DNA of 20,000 nucleotides, taken from IMG/VR virus record IMGVR_UViG_3300022885_000008. One strand, 5' to 3'. Position 1 is the first letter of the stretch. Every line of letters starts with the position of its first letter. The stretch comes from an uncultured virus (IMG/VR IMGVR_UViG_3300022885_000008) (lineage: Duplodnaviria; Heunggongvirae; Uroviricota; Caudoviricetes). The notes beneath the pieces were generated by a model, which saw nothing but the letters and a program-made list of their open reading frames with translations, ran no database searches and was not told the origin of the DNA. The translations under genes and the position numbers were made by a program. Shown here piece after piece: positions 15,017 to 20,000 of this stretch.

Positions 15017-15852
15017 TTACTGTATATAAGTATCATTAATTTTAGATTTATCTTTATTAAAATCGGATTCCCATATTATGCCAACAACATATCCATTAGA
15101 TTTTAACAATTCAATTCTATCTAAGTCAGATTTCCATATATCTTCAGCTATCTTGTGAATTTGTGTGTGGTAATAATCTTTATCATACTTTATTGGATTA
15201 CAGTGCCAATAATCACCAAAATATTCTATAACTTTATTTTCACTTGGTATAAATATATCTACTGATATGGCAACATCTTTTAAGAAACATTCAAGTTTAG
15301 CATCACTATATTTTTGTTTAACTATTTCATATAGCTGTCGCTGTCCATTTGAAATTGATTTTCCGTTCGATTGTACGTGTGGTAAATATACTGCATATGG
15401 AACACCATACTTTTCCATCATTGTTTTTTTATTCAATTCTGGATTATTGTAATTCTCATCCCCATATCTTTTCAATTTGGTCCGTCTAACTTTATCTTGG
15501 CATTTTTAGTATTCCAATGATTTTTTTCACTGTTAGCCCAGACTTGTAATTTCTTTCTTTTTTCAATTGATGAAACACTGCAGTAATTTGAACAATACTG
15601 GGCTGGTTTCCCGGAACTACGATGTTTCCAATTTTTATATCGTTCGAACGAAGTTCCGCAATTCAAACAATTTACAATTTCATGCGCTGTCGCCGATCTC
15701 CAATCATGCATTGTTTTAATATCTTTAAATCGCTGGTGTCTATATTTCCAATCTATCCAAAATTCTATATTAGTCCATTCACATATTTTTTTAACTCGTT
15801 TTGGAGTACCACGATTAGATTTTTCTTTACTTATTGCTATAATTCCGTTCAT
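15017..15852 (-). pseudogene. Free-standing homing-type endonuclease (Zn-finger N-terminus + Vsr/DUF559-like PD-(D/E)xK C-terminus), split by a 1-nt frameshift near 15503-15507
   Basis: ORF 15472-15852 has CLNC...YCSNYC; ORF 15017-15475 has VDIFIPSENKVIEYFGDYWHCNP...GYVVGIIWESD. One extra A in the minus-strand A5 run joins them as ...NHWNTK-KCQDKVRRTKLKRYGDENYNN.... Confidence 0.72.
15025..15034 (-). promoter_or_regulatory. Putative late promoter motif for the tube gene
   Basis: Minus strand GATACTTATA, 30 nt before the tube ATG. Positions 15023-15038 are identical over 16 nt to 17946-17961. Confidence 0.55.
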
Positions 15853-15857
15853 ACTTT

Positions 15858-17585
15858 TTAATCGCCAAATTGAGCACCTGTCGGCAATATCGAAAAATCA
15901 ATGATAATAAATTCTGCTGCACGTGCTGGTTGGATGTAAATATCACCTTTAAGTATATTACGATCAATTACATCAGGAGTATTGTTGGTTTCGTCCATTA
16001 TAACACGGAATGCATAAAGGCCCTGACCTTGTTGTACTGATTCCATATATGGATTAACAGTTGCCAAGAATCTATTTCTAAGAGCCGATGTGTTATTTTC
16101 GAATACTAAGAAACGTGATGTAGATGCAATAAACTTCTTAAGGTTAATTAACAATCTACGTACATTAACACGGTCAAGTGATGTAGCTTTCTTTTGAAGT
16201 GTCTTTTGACCGAATACTGTAATTCCTTGTCCTGGGAATGTTGCAATTGGATTAATTCTACCATCATACAACGTATCACGGTTAGCTTTAGTCAACTTAC
16301 GTTCTGCTTCTACAGCAACGTCAATACCACCACGAGTTAAACCAGCGGGGGCAAACCATTCGGCAGAAACTGAATCATTATATGATAATACACCTGGCAT
16401 AACAACCGAAGGTGGAACCCAAACGTTTTTATTAATTCTAGGCGCAGACATCTTAACCCAAGGCCAGTATGTAGCTGCGTATGATGAAATTAAGTTATTT
16501 GCCTGTGACGTAACTGTGGCCAATGTAGTTTGACCATGTGCTACAGGGTCAATTACAAGGAAAAGGTCACCCCGTTCTTCTGCTACTGTTTGCATTAATG
16601 AAACGGTAGTACCGTGGTCTTGAAGGGTAACACCAGGTGCAACCATCAAGTTAATATCATATTCATCTGAATTCTTTAGTAATCGAATTGCAGGAGCATA
16701 TGCGGTATTTGGGTCATATCCTTGGACGTTGGTTGCATATGAAGCAGAAAAGAATTGCTGTGGGTGAGTTACTTCACCATCTGATCCGGCGGACATAGCT
16801 CCACCATCTGACCCCGAACCGGCAGTTGGAAGCGAAGCGGACGCGGCAGGGACGCGGACGTTACCATTAGTATCCAAATAATCCACAGTATCAACCACAG
16901 CCGATACACGAACATAATTTGAAATAGGTGGATAATCGCCTGTTAACTGAATAAATGGATCACTTGTAGATGCATCCATTAATGTGTAATATTGATCACC
17001 TATAGCACGTGCTATATAATTGGTTGAATTCGGGTCAAGTGATATATTATTAAATTGTTCTAAATATATCTTTCTATTTTCAGTATCATCGCCACGTCTA
17101 ACAGACAGGGTAAATGTACCTGTTTCATTATTTACGTTTGATACTTCGTATCGTAAATTATTTTCAGTACCATTAGCCAATGCTTCATTAGTACCAATGG
17201 TTCCGGCGGAATTCATAATCGCGCCATCGCCAAATGTTGTCAATTTAAACGATGCGGTTGATGAAGGCGTTCCATAATACACACTGGCTGTTGCTGGTGT
17301 ATAACTTCCGCTTAGAATTCTAACAACAGTTAATGCACCGGAGTTACGTAGATAGTAATCAGCGGTTAAGCTGGTAAAATATTCGTAGTATTTACTACCA
17401 CTTTGAAACGTAGTACCAAATTTTGCAGCATATTCGGAAAACGAATTAACTGTGATTGGTATCATTGCTGGACCTTTTACGGTAGGGCCAACTATAGCAG
17501 CACCTATTTCCGAAACACCCTGTGGTATAAAAGATAAATCATTCTCTCTAGTAAATACACCAGGACTAACTATTTTTTCTGCCAT
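15858..17585 (-). CDS. gp18: Contractile tail sheath protein (T4 gp18-like)
   Basis: N-terminal VSPGVFTRENDLS; SYAATYWPWV, WFAPAGLTRG, RDTLYDGRINPI, GQKTLQ...LDRVNVRRLL, FENN, DETNNTPDVIDRN and IQPARAAEFIIIDF. GGAG SD upstream. Confidence 0.97.
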   Translation of the reverse strand: MAEKIVSPGVFTRENDLSFIPQGVSEIGAAIVGPTVKGPAMIPITVNSFSEYAAKFGTTFQSGSKYYEYFTSLTADYYLRNSGALTVVRILSGSYTPATASVYYGTPSSTASFKLTTFGDGAIMNSAGTIGTNEALANGTENNLRYEVSNVNNETGTFTLSVRRGDDTENRKIYLEQFNNISLDPNSTNYIARAIGDQYYTLMDASTSDPFIQLTGDYPPISNYVRVSAVVDTVDYLDTNGNVRVPAASASLPTAGSGSDGGAMSAGSDGEVTHPQQFFSASYATNVQGYDPNTAYAPAIRLLKNSDEYDINLMVAPGVTLQDHGTTVSLMQTVAEERGDLFLVIDPVAHGQTTLATVTSQANNLISSYAATYWPWVKMSAPRINKNVWVPPSVVMPGVLSYNDSVSAEWFAPAGLTRGGIDVAVEAERKLTKANRDTLYDGRINPIATFPGQGITVFGQKTLQKKATSLDRVNVRRLLINLKKFIASTSRFLVFENNTSALRNRFLATVNPYMESVQQGQGLYAFRVIMDETNNTPDVIDRNILKGDIYIQPARAAEFIIIDFSILPTGAQFGD

Positions 17586-17636
17586 TTATAATCTCCGTTA
17601 TGTTGTTTGTTCCTCTAATTAGAGTACTATTCACTA

Positions 17637-17646
17637 TATAAATATA
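17637..17646 (-). promoter_or_regulatory. Putative late promoter motif for the sheath gene
   Basis: Intergenic minus-strand TATATTTATA, 51 nt upstream of the sheath ATG. Confidence 0.5.
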
Positions 17647-17678
17647 TAACTATTCTACAAACCACTACCACTATAATA

Positions 17679-17918
17679 TCAACTTGATATAAATTCCCCA
17701 CTATCAATGTCAATAGTACCTGAGCCATACTTATCAGTTAGTACTTGAGCTGCATTGGTTTCATCTTGTCTAAGTTTATTTAAATCAATAGTTAGTGTAT
17801 TTTGTTTTCTATCTAGTTCAATACGATCTATTGATATTTTACCAAGTTCATACGAAATGACATTATATCGTTCGCGTATTTCTGTTACTGTGGCTAATTC
17901 TTCCTGTGTTAACTTCAT
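17679..17918 (-). CDS. Small coiled-coil phage protein (79 aa)
   Basis: Helical heptad pattern followed by KYGSGTIDIDSGEF. It has an A-rich leader and an upstream GATACTTATA motif. Confidence 0.78.
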   Translation of the reverse strand: MKLTQEELATVTEIRERYNVISYELGKISIDRIELDRKQNTLTIDLNKLRQDETNAAQVLTDKYGSGTIDIDSGEFISS

Positions 17919-17947
17919 TTTTATTTTTTTTATTTTAAAATTCTATA

Positions 17948-17957
17948 TATAAGTATC
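17948..17957 (-). promoter_or_regulatory. Putative late promoter motif
   Basis: Intergenic minus-strand GATACTTATA immediately after the stop of the 636-aa gene. Confidence 0.55.
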
Positions 17958-17958
17958 A

Positions 17959-19869
17959 TTATGTCGGTTGAACTATTAATGCTATAGCTCTGTTAAATGA
18001 GGGTAGCGTAACACTAGCAGTATTAGATGAAACTGTACCGGTTATTACAGTATCTTCAATTGAAGTATCGCAATCAAATGGCCTTGCATCAAATCCACCG
18101 GTAAAAGATACTGGAATAGATACTGATACACCCGTTCGAGCAGGACATTCAGCAGACGCTGTTAAATAATATGATGAAGAAATGTCGGCACTACCACTTT
18201 GTATATCAAATATATACGCGGCGGTCTTGTTTTCATTTTGCATAGCCATCGCATAATACCCAGTATCCGTTGTTAAGTTATTTATTGCACTGTGTGTTTC
18301 TTCATGAAAACTAGCGGATTTAGCAAATCTAATAGATGCGTAATTCATGGCTGGTGTATTAACCGTAGCTAAATGATTATTAATATCCCATGAACATCCG
18401 ACGCCACATGCTCCAGAAAATGCGTTTTCCCAATATGCATGTTTATCATGTAATGCTCTGGTAATACCAAATAATTCCGAAGTCTTATCGGATTCTATAT
18501 TAGCTGCTATCCACTGACCATTTCCCATCGAACCATTAATATATTTAGCAGTTGTAAGGTCAATATAATCAGAATTTGGATGGGTATAGTGATTGTATAC
18601 AGCATATAAGTTTTCTGAATCTGCGCTTATACTGATAATCTTGGGTTTAACTGGAGGATTGTGGTGTAGATGTGAACACCTAACATCCATATTAGCACCT
18701 GTGTGTTGTTCGGTGCCTGTTCCACCATCGCCTGTGGCTATCCACTGACCATATGGGTCGATAGATTCCATGTATGTTTTCATACCCTCATACCATGATT
18801 CCAAATCCGCTTTGCCGGTTGGTAATGTTGTATCATAATTGTGGCCGAATAAATAAACTTCAGCACATAATTCACGAATCATCCATCCAGTACGATATCC
18901 CCACCGAGCTATTGAATATCGTAGTGAATTTTTAAAATAATCGGTTGCGGTATCAGTAGTAGTTAAATCTCGGGGGTGATTTAATGGACCGTTGTTATCT
19001 TCATACCATATTGACGATGACCATTCTGAATTCCATGATGCTGTTACCTGATCGGAAAACGCGCTGGGTGCATCATCCCATAATAGTAACATTTGATTTA
19101 GGCCACCTCTATGAAAAAATACATTCCATGTTCCAATTCCCGCCGCATCACATGCAACATTTATATCATTTATGGCATTGGCCGCGAATCTACTTATAGT
19201 TCCTGGTATACCATTTGTATCCTGATTATCCAATAAATGTAAATCATTACTAAAGTTAAATCTAAGATAGTTCCACTCATCGGGATAATTTGACATTGAA
19301 TCTATAAGTACGGTATAGTCTGCGGGGTCAAAGTTGGCGGAACCCGAAACGTATTCTGGATCACCGGGCGTATATAACGTTGTACCGTATTGGGCATTAA
19401 ATCCAGCGGGATAAAATGCTTGGCCACCTTTTAATGCTAATTGAGGTTCAGTGGGATGGTCCCTAATGAAATCAGTCATTAACCAACTAGAGCTATACTC
19501 AATTACATCATTTTGTACAGTTGGAATTTCAGTATCTATTGCTACCGTTACATTATATATTCCATCTGGAAATCTAGTATTGGCCGTATATGTTTCACCA
19601 TCATTTTCATAATAAAATGGATGTGTATATACTTCCGCTTGTTGGCCGCTGGTGGATGCGAATGTGGCAATTACGCTTGCATTATCATAGTTACCCGGGT
19701 ACCCTGCGTATGCAAATGATACCGGAAGATATTCAGATTCTAATGTACCCTGCTCTAATGTTATAAAATCTGATATATTAGTGATGGTAACGCCACTTAT
19801 GTCGGTTTTACTGTTTATTATTATCATAATTACAATTACAATTACTACAGCTATAACTATAGGAATCAT
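17959..19869 (-). CDS. Glycoside-hydrolase-like protein (DUF5060-like N-domain + clan GH-A/GH5-like TIM barrel + beta-sandwich) with a hydrophobic N-terminus
   Basis: VIATFASTSGQ..HPFYY (DUF5060-like), GQAFYPAGFN, NYLRF, YFKNSLRYSIARWGY...ELCAEV (cf. RYxxARWGY...WELxNE) and DVRCSHLH. The N-terminal MIPIVIAVVIVIVIMIII is a TM/signal-like stretch. Confidence 0.65.
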   Translation of the reverse strand: MIPIVIAVVIVIVIMIIINSKTDISGVTITNISDFITLEQGTLESEYLPVSFAYAGYPGNYDNASVIATFASTSGQQAEVYTHPFYYENDGETYTANTRFPDGIYNVTVAIDTEIPTVQNDVIEYSSSWLMTDFIRDHPTEPQLALKGGQAFYPAGFNAQYGTTLYTPGDPEYVSGSANFDPADYTVLIDSMSNYPDEWNYLRFNFSNDLHLLDNQDTNGIPGTISRFAANAINDINVACDAAGIGTWNVFFHRGGLNQMLLLWDDAPSAFSDQVTASWNSEWSSSIWYEDNNGPLNHPRDLTTTDTATDYFKNSLRYSIARWGYRTGWMIRELCAEVYLFGHNYDTTLPTGKADLESWYEGMKTYMESIDPYGQWIATGDGGTGTEQHTGANMDVRCSHLHHNPPVKPKIISISADSENLYAVYNHYTHPNSDYIDLTTAKYINGSMGNGQWIAANIESDKTSELFGITRALHDKHAYWENAFSGACGVGCSWDINNHLATVNTPAMNYASIRFAKSASFHEETHSAINNLTTDTGYYAMAMQNENKTAAYIFDIQSGSADISSSYYLTASAECPARTGVSVSIPVSFTGGFDARPFDCDTSIEDTVITGTVSSNTASVTLPSFNRAIALIVQPT

Positions 19870-19881
19870 TATTATTAAATA

Positions 19882-20000
19882 TCACAGAAATGGATCTGTG
19901 GGTGTTATGGCGGTGGATGCTGATGCAATTGATGTTGACATTTCAGCGTATGTATGAAAGTCCTTACTTACTGCCGTTCCATTTATATCGCCATAGTGAT
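19882..20000 (-). CDS. 3' end of an upstream gene entering from beyond the window
   Basis: Open minus-strand frame HYGDINGTAVSKDFHTYAEMSTSIASASTAITPTDPFL* ending at TGA 19882-19884, 12 nt before the next ATG. Confidence 0.55.
   Translation of the reverse strand, partial: HYGDINGTAVSKDFHTYAEMSTSIASASTAITPTDPFL

Noticed and set aside
5801..17585. Extracellular contractile injection system (eCIS/tailocin) interpretation of sheath-tube-LysM-hub cluster
   Set aside because: The cluster is contiguous and co-oriented with gp32-like SSB, RecA/UvsX, a polymerase and a homing endonuclease, which indicates a phage genome rather than a bacterial eCIS locus.
352..19719. All plus-strand ORFs in the track (e.g. 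352-570, 4196-4606, 7013-7363, 10589-11086, 12718-13104)
   Set aside because: Each lies antisense to a well-supported minus-strand gene and has no recognisable motif; they are shadow ORFs.
19883..19900. Hairpin CACAGA-N6-TCTGTG as an intrinsic terminator
   Set aside because: The stem is only 6 bp, lies within coding sequence and lacks a clear U-tract.
1..20000. CRISPR arrays, tRNA/rRNA genes, introns, inteins, IS elements
   Set aside because: No regularly spaced repeats, cloverleaf-like segments, intein motifs or transposase ORFs were seen. Intergenic gaps are short (the largest about 200 nt) and are explained by promoter motifs.

Overview
This window is 20 kb of an AT-rich, large tailed dsDNA phage genome (T4-like myovirus-type gene content). 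All credible genes lie on the minus strand. Read in the direction of transcription (right to left), it holds: the end of an upstream gene, a 636-aa glycoside-hydrolase-like protein, a small coiled-coil protein, and a contractile-tail module. The tail module comprises the sheath, a frameshifted free-standing endonuclease, the tube, a tail-assembly chaperone pair with a probable programmed frameshift, the tape measure, a tube-initiator-like protein, a LysM-like protein, and two hub-like ORFs, one carrying an M15 peptidase. A replication/recombination block follows: an unusually short family A DNA polymerase, a 720-aa protein with a possible nuclease fold, two small proteins, a gp32-like SSB, a small ORF and RecA/UvsX (cut by the window edge). 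Two recurring promoter-like motif classes can be read directly from the DNA. One is a Bacteroidota-type YTTG-N20-TATATTWR before replication genes; the other is ATAYTTATA, mostly before structural genes. No tRNA, rRNA or CRISPR array was seen. All product calls come from motif recognition by eye; no database search was run.
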